From: Eledone cirrhosa
Taxonomy: Eukaryota
DNA: 64,000 nt
Direction: 5' to 3'
Assembly (NCBI GenBank): GCA_964016885.1
Contig: OZ024744.1
Span: 132,556,001-132,620,000, forward strand
The notes under the pieces are model-generated. The model did no database searches. It saw only the letters and a list, made by a program, of their open reading frames with translations, and had not been told where the DNA came from. Shown here piece after piece: positions 50,420-62,052 of this stretch; the first letter of the stretch is position 1; every line of letters starts with the position of its first letter. Both the position numbers and the translations under genes were made by a program.

Positions 50420-52444
50420 AGTCGGAGTTAAGTTAAGTTGGGGTTAAGCTAAGTTGGGGGTAAGTTAAGTTGGGGGTAAGTTAAATTGGGGTTAAGTTAA
50501 GTTGGGGTTGAGTGAAGTTGGGGTTAAGTTAAGTTGGGGTTAAGTTAAGTTAGGGTTAATTTAAGTTGGGGTTAAGTTAAGTTGGGGTTAACTTAAGTTG
50601 GGGTTAAGTTAAGTTGGGGTTAATTTAGGTTGGGGTTAAGTTAAGTTGGGGTTAAGATAAGTTGGGGTTAAGTTAAATTGAGATTAAGTTAACTTGGGTT
50701 TGAGTTAAGTTGGGGATAAGTCAAGTGGTGGTTATGTTAAGTTGGGGTTAAGTTAAGTTGGGGTTAAATTAAGTTGGGGTTAAGTTAAGTTGGGTGTAAG
50801 CTAAGTTGGGGTTGAGTGAAGTTGGGGTTAAGTTAAGTTGGGGTTAAGTAGAGTTGGGGTTAAGTTAAGTTGGGGTTAAGTTAAGTTGGTGTTAAGTTGG
50901 GGTTAAGTTAAGTTGGGGTTAAGTTAAGTTGGGGTTGAGTGAAGTTGGGGTTAAGTTAAGTTGGGGTTAAATTAAGTTGGGGTTAACTTAAGTTGGGTTT
51001 AAGTTAAGTTGCGGTTAAGTTAAGTTGGGGTTAAGTTAAGTTGGGGTTAAGTTAAGTCGGGGTTAAGTTAAGTTGGGGTTGAGTTAAGTTGGGGTTATTT
51101 TAAGTTGAGGTTATGTTAAGTTGGGGTTAATTTAAGTTGGGGTTAAGTTAAGTTGGGGTCAATTTAAGTTGGGGTTAAGTTCAGTTGGGGTTAATTTAAG
51201 TTGGGGTTAAGTTAAGTTGGGTTTAAGTTAAGTTGGGGTTAAGTTAAGTTGGGGTTAAGTTAAGTTGGGTTTAAGTTAAGTTGGGGCTAAGTTAAGTTGG
51301 GTCTAATTTGAGTTGGGGTTAAGTTAAGTTGGGGTTAAGTTAAGTTGAGGTTAAATTAAGTTGGGGTTAATTAAGTTGGGGTTAAGTTAAGTTGGGGTTA
51401 AGTTAAGTTGAGGTTAAGTTAACTTGGGGTTAAGTTAAGTTGGGGTTAAGTTAAGTTGGGGTTGAGTTAAGTTGGGGTTGAGTTAAGTTGGGGTTAAGTT
51501 AAGTTGGGGTTAAGTTAAGTTGGGGTTAAGTTAAGTTGGGGTTAATTTAAGTTCGGGTTAAGTTAAGTTCGGGGTAAGCTAAGTTGGGGTTCAGTTAAAT
51601 CGGGTCTAAGTTAAGTGGGAGGTTAAGTTAAGTTGGGGTTGAGTTAAGTTGTGGTTAAGTTAACTTGGGGTTAAGTTAAGTTAAGTTTGAGTTAAGTTGG
51701 GGTTAAGTTGGGGTTAAGTTAAGTTGGGGTTAAGTTACGTTGGGGTTAAGTTAAGTTGGGGTTAAGTTGAGGTTAAGTTAAGTTGTGGTTAAGTTAAGTT
51801 GGGGCTAAGTTAAGTTGGGGCTAAGTTAAGTTGGGGTTAAGTTAAGTTGGGGTTAATTTAAGTTGGGGTTAGGTTAAGTTGGGGATAAGTTAAGTTGGGG
51901 ATAAGTTAAGTTGGGGTTAAGTTAAGTTGGGTTTAAGTTAAGCTGGGGTTAAGTTAAGTTGGGGTTAAATTAAGTTGGGGTTAAGTTAAGTTTGGGTTAG
52001 GTTAAGTTGGGGATAAGTTAAGTTGGGGATAAGTTAAGTTGGGGTTAAGTTAAGTTGGGTTTAAGTTAAGTTGGGGTTAAGTTAAGTTGGGGTTAAGTTA
52101 AGTTGGGGTTAAGTTAAGTTGCGGTTAGTTAAGTTGAGTTTAAGTTAAGTTGGGGTTAATTTAAGTTGGGGTTAAGTTAAGTTGGGGTTCAGTTCAGTTG
52201 GGGTTAAGTCAAGTTGGGGTTAAGTTAAGTTGGGGTTAAGTTAAGTTGGGGTTAGGTTAAGTTGGGGATAATTTAAGTTGGGGATAAGCTAAGTTGGGGT
52301 TAAGTTAAGTTGGGTTTAAGTTAAGTTGGGGTTAAGTTAAGTTGGGGTTAAATTAAGTTGGGGTTAAGTTAAGCTGGGGTTAAATTAAGTTGGGGTTATG
52401 TTAAGTTGGGGTTAAGTTAAGTTGGGGTTAGTTTAAGTGGGGTT

Positions 52445-52892
52445 AACCCCAACTTAACTTAACCCCAACTTAACTTAACCCCAACTTCACTCAACCCCAA
52501 CTTAACTTAACCCCAACTTCACTCAACCCCAACTTAATTTAACCCCAACTTAACTTAACCCCAACTTAACTTAACCACAAAGTTAACTTAACCCCAATTT
52601 AAATTAACCCCAACTTAAGTTAACCCCAACTTAACATAACCACCACTTAACTTAACCCCAACTTAACCCCAACTTAACTTAACCCCAACTTAACACCAAC
52701 TTAACTTAACCCCGACTTAACTTAACCCCAACTTAACTTAAACCCCAACTTAACTTAACCCCAACTTAACTTAACCGCAACTTGACTTAACCCCAACTTA
52801 ACTCACACCCAACTTAACTTACCCCTAACTTAACTTAACCACAACTTGACGTAAACCCAACTTAACTTAACCCCAACTTAACTTAACCCCAA
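52445..52892 (-). repeat. Inverted cassette, class beta, chimeric and lengthened (448 bp vs 345 bp)
   Basis: Beta ends, but the interior carries ACCACAAAGTTAAC, CATAACCACCAC and AACACCAAC, which are absent from the other beta copies. Confidence 0.94.
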
Positions 52893-53439
52893 AGTCGGAG
52901 TTCAGTTAAGTTGGGGTTCAGTTAAGTTAGGCTTAACTTAAGTTGGGGTTGAGTTAAGTTGGGGGTAAGTTAAGTTGGGGGTAAGTTAAGTTGGGGTTAA
53001 GTTAAGTTGGGGTTAAGTTGGGGTTAAGTTAAGTTAGGGTTAAGTTAAGTTGGGGTTGACTTAAGTTGGGGTTAAGTTAAGTGGTGGTTATGTTAAGTTG
53101 GGGTTAAGTTAAGTTGGGGTTAAATTAAGTGGGGTTAACTTAAGTTGGGTGTAAGTTAAGTTGGGGTTGAGTGAAGTTGGGGTTAAGTTAAGTTGGGGTT
53201 AAGTTAAGTTAGGGTTAATTTAAGTTGGGGTTATGATAAGTTGGTGTTAAGTTAAGTTGGGGTTAAGTCGAGTTGGGGTTAAGTTAAGTTGGGGTTAAGT
53301 TAAATTGGTGTTAAGTTAAGTTGGGGTTAAGTTAAGTTGGGGTTAGTTAAGTTGAGTTTAAGTTAAGTTGGGGTTAATTTAAGTTGGGGTTAAGTTAAGT
53401 TGGGGTTCAGTTAAGTTGGGGTTAGGTTAAGTTGGGGTT

Positions 53440-53704
53440 AACCCCAACTTCACTCAACCCCAACTTAACTTAACCCCAACTTCACTCAACCCCAACTTAA
53501 CTCAGCCCCAACTTAACTTAACCCCAACTTAACTTAACCCTAACTTAACTTAACCCCGACTTAAACTTAACCCCGACTTAACTTAACCCCAACTTAACTT
53601 AACCCCAACTTAACTTAACCCCAACTTAACTTAATCCCAACTTGACTTAACCCCAACTTAACTCACACCCAACTTAACTTACCCCCAACTTAACTTAACC
53701 CCAA
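53440..53704 (-). repeat. Inverted cassette, class gamma
   Basis: Same junctions and variants as the other gamma copies. Confidence 0.96.
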
Positions 53705-56617
53705 AGTCGGAGTTAAGTTAAGTTGGGGTTAAGTTAAGTTAGGCTTAACTTAAGTTGGGGTTAAGTTAAGTTGGGGGTAAGTTAAGTTGGGGGTAAGTTA
53801 AGTTGGGGTTAAGTTAAGTTGGGGTTAAGATAAGTGGTGGTTATGTTAAGTTGAGGTTAAGTTAAGTTAGGGTTAAATTAAGTTGGGGTTAATTTAAGTT
53901 GGGTGTAAGTTAAGTTGGGGTTGAGTGAAGTTGGGGTTAAGTTAAGTTGGGGTTAAGTAGAGTTGGGGTTAAGTTAAGTTGGGGTTAAGTTAAGTTGGTG
54001 TTAAGTTGGGGTTAAGTTAAGTTGGGGTTAAGTTGGGGTTAAGTTAAGTGGTGGTTATGTTAAGTTGGGGTTAACTTAAGTTGGGGTTAATTTAAATTGG
54101 GGTTAAGTTAACTTTGTGGTTAAGTTAAGTTGGGGTTAAGTTAAGTTGGGGTTAAATTAAGTTGGGGTTGAGTGAAGTTGGGGTTAAGTTAAGTTGGGGT
54201 TAAGTTAAGTTGGGGTTAACTTAAGTTGGGTTTAAGTTAAGTTGCGGTTAAGTTAAGTTGGGGTTAAGTTAAGTTAGGGTTAAGTTAAGTCGGGGTTAAT
54301 TTAAGTTGGGGTTGAGTTAAGTTGGGGTTAATTTAAGTTGAGGTTATGTTAAGTTGGGGTTAATTTAAGTTGGGGTTAAGTTAAGTTGGGGTTAAGTTAA
54401 GTTGGGGTTAATTTAAGTTGGGATTAAGTTCAGTTGGGGTTAAATTAAGTTGGGGTTAAGTTAAGCTGGGGTTAAATTAAGTTGGGGTTAAGTTAAGTTG
54501 GGGTTAAGTTAAGTTGGGGTTAAGTTAAGTTAGGGTTAATTTAAGTTGGGGTTATGTTAAGTTGGGGTTAAGTTAAGTTGGGGTTAAGTCGAGTTGGGGT
54601 TAAGTTAAGTTGGGGTTAGTTAAGTTGAGTTTAAGTTAAGTTGGGGTTAATTTAAGTTGGGGTTAAGTTAAGTTGGGGTTCAGTTAAGTTGGGGTTAAGT
54701 TAAGTTGGGGTTAAGTTAAGTTGGTTTAAGTTAAGTTGGGGTTAGGTTAAGTTGGGGATAAGTTAAGTTGGGGATAAGCTAAGTTGGGGTTAAGTTAAGT
54801 TGGGTTTAAGTTAAGTTGGGGTTAAGTTAAGTTAGGCTTAACTTAAGTTGGGGTTAAGTTAAGTTGGGGGTAAATTAAGTTGGGGGTAAGTTAAGTTGGG
54901 GTTAAGTTAAGTTGGGGTTAAGTTAAGTGGTGGTTATGTTAAGTTGGGGTTAAGTTAAGTTGGGGTTAAATTAAGTTGGGGTTAAGTTATGTTGGGTGTA
55001 AGTTAAGTTGGGGTTGAGTGAAGTTGGGGTTAAGTTAAGTTGGGGTTAAGTTAAGTTAGGGTTAATTTAAGTTGGGGTTATGTTAAGTTGGGGTTAAGTT
55101 AAGTTGGGGTTAAGTAGAGTTGTGGTTAAGTTAAGTTGGGGTTAAGTTAAGTTGGTGTTAAGTTGGGGTTAAGTTAAGTTGGGGTTAAGTTAAGTCGGGG
55201 TTAAGTTAAGTTGGGGTTGAGTTAAGTTGGGGTTAATTTAAGTTGAGGTTATGTTAAGTTGGGGTTAATTTAAGTTGGGGTTAATTTAAGTTGGGGTTAA
55301 GTTAAGTTGGGGTTAAGTTGAGGTTAAGTTAAGTTGTGGTTAAGTTAAGTTGGGGCTAAGTTAAGTTGGGGCTAAGTTAAGTTGGGGCTAAGTTAAGTTG
55401 GGGTTAAGTTAAGTTGGGGTTAAGTTAAGTTGGGTTTAATTTAATTTGGGGTCAACTTAAGTTGGGGTTAAGTTGAGTTGAGGTTAAATTAAGTTGGGGT
55501 TAATTTAAGTTGGGGCTAAGTTAAGTTGGGGCTGAGTTAAGTTGGGGTTAAGTTAAGTTGGGGTTAAGTTAAGTTGGGGTTAAGTTAATTTTGGGTTAAG
55601 TTAAGTTGTGGTTCAGTTAAGTTGGGGTTAAGTTAAGTTTGGGTTAATTTGGGGTTAAATTAAGTTGGGGTTAAGTTAAGTTGGGGTTAAGTTAAGTTGG
55701 GGTTAAGTTAAGTTGGGGTTAATTTAAGTTGGGGTTAAGTTAAGTCGGGGTTAAGTTAAGTCGGTGTTAAGTTAAGTTAGGGTTAAGTTAAGTTGGGGTT
55801 AAGTTAAGTTGGCTTTAAGTTAAGCTGGGGTTAAGTTAAGTTGGGGTTAAATTAAGTTGGGGTTAAGTTAAGTTGGGGTTAGGTTAAGTTTGGGTTAGGT
55901 TAAGTTGGGGTTAAATTAAGTTGGGGTTAAGTTTAGTTGGGGTTAAGTTAAGTTGGGGTTAGGTTAAGTTGGGGATAAGTTAAGTTGGGGATAATTTAAG
56001 TTGGGGTTAAGTTAAGTTGGGTTTAAGTTAAGCTGGGGTTAAGTTAAGTTGGGGTTAAATTAAGTTGGGGTTAAGTTAAGTTGGGGTTAAGTTAAGTTTG
56101 GGTTAGGTTAAGTTGGGGATTAGTTAAGTTGGGGATAAGTTAAGTTGGGGTTAAGTTAAGTTGGGTTTAAGTTAAGTTGTGGTTAAGTTAAGTTGGGGTT
56201 AAGTTAAGTTGGGGCTTAAGTTAAGTTGGGGTTAGGTTAAGTTGGGGATAAGTTAAGTTGGGGATAATTTAAGTTGGGGTTAAGTTAAGTAGGGTTTAAG
56301 TTAAGCTGGGGTTAAGTTAAGTTGGGGTTAAATTAAGTTGGGGTTAAGTTAAGTTGGGGTTAAGTTAAGTTTGGGTTAGGTTAAGTTGGGGATTAGTTAA
56401 GTTGGGGTTAAGTTAAGTTGGGGTTAAGTTAAGTTGGGGTTAGGTTAAGTTGGGGATAAGTTAAGTTGGGGATAAGCTAAGTTGGGGTTAAGTTAAGTTG
56501 GGTTTAAGTTAAGTTGGGGTTAAGTTAAGTTGGGGTTAAATTAAGTTGGAGATAAGTTAAGCTGGGGTTAAATTAAGTTGGGGTTAAGTTAAGTTGGGGT
56601 TAGGTTAAGTTGGGGTT

Positions 56618-56897
56618 AACCCCAACTTAACTTAACCCCAACTTAACTTAGCCCCAACTTCACTCAACCCCAACTTAACTTAACCCCAACTTCACTCAAC
56701 CCCAACTTAACTCAACCCCAACTTAAGTTAACCCCAACTTAACTTAACCCTAACTTAACTTAACCCCGACTTAACTTAACCCCAACTTAACTTAACCCCA
56801 ACTTAACTTAACCCCAACTTAACTTAATCCCAACTTGACTTAACCCCAACTTAACGCACACCCAACTTAACTTACCCCCAACTTAACTTAACCCCAA
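56618..56897 (-). repeat. Inverted cassette, class alpha (one monomer shorter)
   Basis: 280 bp vs 296 bp; only one CCCCGAC monomer. Confidence 0.95.
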
Positions 56898-59800
56898 AAT
56901 CGGAGTTACGTTAAGTTGGGGTTAAGTTAAGTTAGGCTTAACTTAAGTTGGGCTTAAGTTAAGTTGGGGGTAAGTTAAGTTGGGGGTAAGTTAAGTTGGG
57001 GTTAATTTAAGTTGGGGTTAAGTTAAGTGGTGGTTATGTTAAGTTGGGGTTAAGTTAAGTTGGGGTTAAATTAAGTTGGGGTTAAGTTAAGTTGGGTGTA
57101 AGTTAAGTTGGGGTTGAGTGAAGTTGGGGTTAAGTTAAGTTGGGGTTAAGTAGAGTTGGGGTTAAGTTAAGTTGGGGTTAAGTTAAGTTGGTGTTAAGTT
57201 GGGGTTAAGTTAAGTTGGGGTTAAGTTGGGGTTAAGTTAAGTGGTGGTTATGTTAAGTTGGGGTTAACTTAAGTTGGGGTTAATTTAAATTGGGGTTAAG
57301 TTAACTTTGTGGTTAAGTTAAGTTGGGGTTAAGTTAAGTTGGGGTTAAGTTAAGTTGGGGTTGAGGGAAGTTGGGGTTAAGTTAAGTTGGGGTTAACTTA
57401 AGTTGGGTTTAAGTTAAGTTGCGGTTAAGTTAAGTTAGGGTTAAGTTAAGTTGGGGTTAAGTTAAGTCGGGGTTAAGTTAAGTTGGGGTTGAGTTAAGTT
57501 GGGGTTAATTTAAGTTGAGGTTATGTTAAGTTGGGGTTAATTTAAGTTGGGGTTAAGTTAAGTTGGGGTTAAGTTAAGTTGGGGTTAATTTAAGTTGGGG
57601 TTAAGTTCAGTTGGGGTTAATTTAAGTTGGGGTTAAGTTAAGTTGGGTTTAAGTTAAGTTGGGGTTAAATTAAGTTGGGGTTAAATTAAGTTGGGGTTAA
57701 GTTAAGTTGGGGTTAGGTTAAGTTGGGGATAAGTTAAGTTGGGGATAAGCTAAGTTGGGGTTAAGTTAAGTTGGGTTTAAGTTAAGTTGGGGTTAAGTTA
57801 AGTCGGGGTTATGTTAAGTCGGTGTTAAGTTAAGTTAGGGTTAAGTTAAGTTGGGGTTAAGTTAAGTTGGGGTTGAGTTAAGTTGGGGTTGAGTTAAATT
57901 GGGGTTGAGTTAAGTTGGGGTTAAGTTAAGTTGGGGTTAAGTTAAGTTAGGGTTAAGTTAAGTTGGGGTTAAGTTAAGTTGGGGTTAAGTTAAGTTGGGG
58001 CTGAGTTAAGTTGGGTGTACGTTAAGTTGGGGTTGACTGAAGTTGGGGTTAAGTTAAGTTGGGGTTAAGTTAAGTTAGGGTTAATTTAAGTTGGGGTTAT
58101 GTTAAGTTGGGGTTAAGTTAAGTTGGGGTTAAGTAGAGTTGGGGTTAATTTAAGTTGGGGTTAAGTTAAGTTGGTGTTAAGTTGGGGGTAATTTAAGTGG
58201 TGGTTATGTTAAGTTGGGGTTAAGTTAAGTTGGGGTTAATTTAAATTGGGGTTAAGTTAACTTTGTGGTTAAGTTAAGTTGGAGTTAAGTTAAGTTGGAG
58301 TTAAGTTAAGTTGGGGTTGAGTGAAGTTGGGGTTAAGTTAAGTTGGGGTTAACTTAAGTTGGGTTTGAGTTAAGTTGCGGTTAAGTTAAGTTGGGGTTAA
58401 GTTAAGTTGGGGTTAAGTTAAGTCGGGGTTAATTTAAGTTGGGGTTAAGTTAAGTTGGGGTTAATTTAAGTTGGGGTTAAGTTAAGTTTAGGTTAAGTTA
58501 AGTTGGGGTTAAATTAAGTTGGGGTTAAGTTAAGTTGGGGTTAAGTTAAGTTGGGGTTAGGTTAAGTTGGGGATAAGTTAAGTTGGGGATAAGTTAAGTT
58601 GGGGTTAAGTTAAGTTGGGTTTAAGTTAAGTTGGGGTTAAGTTAAGTTGGGGTTTAATTAAGTTGGGGTTGAGTTAAGTTGGGGTTGACTTAAGTTGGGC
58701 TTAAGTTAAGTTGGGGTTAAGTTAAGATGTGGTTAAGTTAAGTTGGGGTTAAGTTAAGTTGGGGTTAAATTAAGTTGGGGTTAAGTTAAGTTGGGGGTAA
58801 GGTAAATTGCTGGTAAGTTAAGTTGGGGGTAAGTTAAGATGGGGCTAAGTTAAGTTGGGGTTAAGTTAATTTGGGGTTAAGTTAAGTTAGGGTTAAGTTA
58901 AGTTGGGGTTGACTTAAGTTGGGGTTAAGTTAAGTTGGGGTTATGTTAAGTTGGGTTTAAGTTAAGTTGGGGTTAAGTTAAGTTGGGGTTAAGTTAAGTT
59001 GGGGTTAAGTTAAGTTGGGGTTAAGTTAAGTTGGGATTAAGTTAAGTTGGGGTTAAGTTAAGTTGGGGTTAAATTAAGTTGGGGTTAAGTTAAGTTGGGG
59101 TTAATTTAAGTTGGGGTTAAGTTAAGTTGGGGTTGAGTTAAGTTGGGGGTAAGTTAAGTTGGGGGTAAGTTAAGTTGGGTGTAAGTTAAGATGGGGTTAA
59201 GTTAAGTTGGAGTTAAGTTATTTTGGGGTTAAGTTAAGTTGGGAGTAAGTTAAGTTGGTGATAAGTTAAGTTGGGGGTAAGTTAAGTTGGGGTTAAGTTA
59301 AGTTGGGTTAAGTTGGGGTTAAGTTAAGTTAGGGTTAAGTTAAGTTGGGGTTGAGTTAAGTTGGGGTTAAGTTAAGAGGTGGTTATGTTCAGTTGGGGTT
59401 AAGTTAAGTTGGGGTTAAGTTAAGTTGGGGTTAAGTTAAGTTGGGGTTAAGATAAGTTGGGGTTAAGTTAAGTTGGGGTTGAGTTAAGTTGGGGTTGAGT
59501 TAATTTGGGGTTAAGTTAAGTTGGGGTTAACTTAATTTGGGTTTAATTTAAGTTGGGGTTAAGTTAAGTTGGGGTTAAATTAAGTTGGGATTAAGTTAAG
59601 TTGGGTGTACGTTAAGTTGGGGTTGACTGAAGTTGGGGTTAAGTTAAGTTGGGGTTAAGTAGAGTTGGGGTTAATTTAAGTTGGGGTTAAGTTAAGTTGG
59701 TGTTAAGTTGGGGTTAAGTTAAGTTGGGGTTAAGTTGGGGTTAAGTTAAGTGGTGGTTATGTTAAGTTGGGGTTAAGTTAAGTTGGGGTTAATTTAAATT

Positions 59801-62052
59801 GGGGTTAAGTTAACTTTGTGGTTAAGTTAAGTTGGAGTTAAGTTAAGTTGGGGTTAAGTTAAGTTGGGGTTGAGTGAAGTTGGGGTTAATTTAAGTTGGG
59901 GTTCAGTTAAGTTGGGGTTAAGTTAAGTTGGGGTTGAGTTAAGTTGGGGTTAATTTAAGTTGAGGTTATTTTAAGTTGGGGTTAAGTTAAGTTGGGGTTA
60001 AGTTAAGTTGGGGTTAAGTTAAGTTGGGGTTAAGTTAAGTTGGGTTTAAGTTAAGTTGGGGTTAAATTAAGTGGGGGTTAAATTAAAGTGGGGTTAAGTT
60101 AAGTTGGGGGTAAGTTAAGTTGGGGGCAAGTTAAGTTGGTGTTAAGTTAAGTTGGGGTTAAGTTAAGTTGGGGTTAAGTTAAGTTGGGTTAAATTAAGTT
60201 GGGACTAAGTTAAGTTAGGGCTAAGTTCAGTTGGGGTAAAGTTAAGTTGGGGCTAAGTTAAGTTGGGTATAAGTTGAGTTGGGGTTAAGTTAAGTTGGGG
60301 TTAAGTTAAGTTGGGGTTAAATTAAGTTGGGGTTAATTAAGTTGGGGTTAAGTTAAGTTGGGGTTAAGTTAAGTTGGGGTTAATTTAAGTTGGGGTTGTG
60401 TTAATTTGGGGTTAAGTTAAGTTGGGGTTATATTAAGTTGGGTTTAAGTTAAGTTGGGGTTAAGTTAAGTTGGGGTTAAGTTAAGTTAGGGTTAATTTAA
60501 GTTGGGGTTATGTTAAGTTGGGGTTAAGTTAAGTTGGGGTTAAGTAGAGTTGGGGTTAATTTAAGTTGGGGTTAAGTTAAGTTGGTGTTAAGTTGGGGTT
60601 AAGTTAAGTTGGGGTTAAGTTGGGGTTAAGTTGAGTGGTGGTTATGTTAAGTTGGGGTTAAGTTAAGTTGGGGTTAATTTAAATTGGGGCTAAGTTAACT
60701 TTGTGGTTAAGTTAAGTTGGAGTTAAGTTGGGGTTAAGTTAAGTTGGGGTTGAGTGAAGTTGGGGTTAAGTTAAGTTGGGGTTAACTTAAGTTGGGGTTA
60801 AGTTAAGTTGGGGTTAAATTAAGTTGGGGTTAAATTAAGGTGGGGTTAAGTTAAGTTGGGGGTAAGTTAAGTTGGGGGCAAGTTAAGTTGGTGTTAAGTT
60901 AAGTTGGGGTTAAGTTAAGTTGGGGTTAAGTTAAGTTGGGTTTAAGTTAAGTTGGGACTAAGTTAAGTTAGGGCTAAGTTAAGTTGGGGTTAAGTTAAGT
61001 TGGGGCTAAGTTAAGTTGGGTCTAAGTTGAGTGGTGGTTATGTTAAGTTGGGGTTAAGTTAAGTTGGGGTTAATTTAAATTGGGGTTAAGTTAAGTTGGG
61101 GTTAAGTTAAGTTGGGGTTAAATTAAGTTGGGGTTAATTAAGTTGTGGTTAAGTTAAGTTGGGGTTAAGTTAAGTTGGGGTTAATTTAAGTTGGGGTTGT
61201 GTTAAGTTGGGGTTAAGTTAAGTTGGGGATAAGTTAAGTTGGGGTTAAGTTAAGTTGGGGGTAAGTTAAGTTGGTGGTAAGTTAAGTTGGGGTTAAGTTA
61301 AGTTGGGGTTAATTTAAATTGGGGTTAATTTAACTTTGTGGTTAAGTTAAGTTGGGGTTTATTTAAGTTGGGTTTAAGTTAAGTTGGGGTTGAGTTAAGT
61401 TGGGGTTGAGTGAAGTTGGGGTTAAGTTAAGTCGGGGTTAATTTAAGTTGGGGTTGAGTTAAGTCGGGGCTAATTTAAGTTGGGGCTAAGTTAATTTGTG
61501 GTTAAGTTAAGTTGGGGTTAAGTTAAGTTGGGGTTAAGTTAAGTTGGGGGTAAGTTAAGTTGGGGGCAAGATAAGTTGGGGTTAAGTTAAGTTGCGGTTA
61601 AGTTAAGTTGGGGTTAAGTTAAGTTGGGTTTAAGTTAAGTTGGGGTTCAGTTAAGTTGGGGTTAATTTAAGTTGGGGTTAAGTTAAGTTGGGGTTGAGTT
61701 AAGTTGGGGTTTAATTAAGTTGGGGTTGAGTTAAGTTGGGGTTGAGTTAAGTGGGGGTTGAGTTAAGTTGGGGTTAAGCTAAGTTGGGGTTAAGTTAAAT
61801 TGAGGTTAAGTTAACTTGGGTTTGAGTTAAGTTGGGGTTAAGTTAAGTTGGTGTTAAGTTCAGTTCAGGTTAAGTTAACTTGGGGTTAAGTTAAGTTGGG
61901 GTTGAGTTAAGTTGGGGTTGAGTTAAGTTGGGGTTAAGTTAAGTTGGGGTTAACTTAAGTTGGGGTTAAGTTAAGTTGGGGTTAATTTAAGTTGGGGTTC
62001 AGTTAAATTGAGGTTAAGATAACTTGGGTTTGCGTTAAGATGGGGTTAAGTT

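Larger units (their letters stand above)
45343..62052. repeat. One complete composite macro-repeat unit (B island plus A array with delta-beta-gamma-alpha cassettes), 16710 bp
   Basis: Distance between island 2 start and island 3 start; the equivalent unit at the window start has period 17940 (position 1 matches 17941). Confidence 0.92.
50245..62052 (+). repeat. Satellite A array 3, with 4 embedded inverted cassettes (delta, beta, gamma, alpha)
   Basis: 16-bp monomer; the variant order follows 12246-17940 and then 1-6266. Confidence 0.99.
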
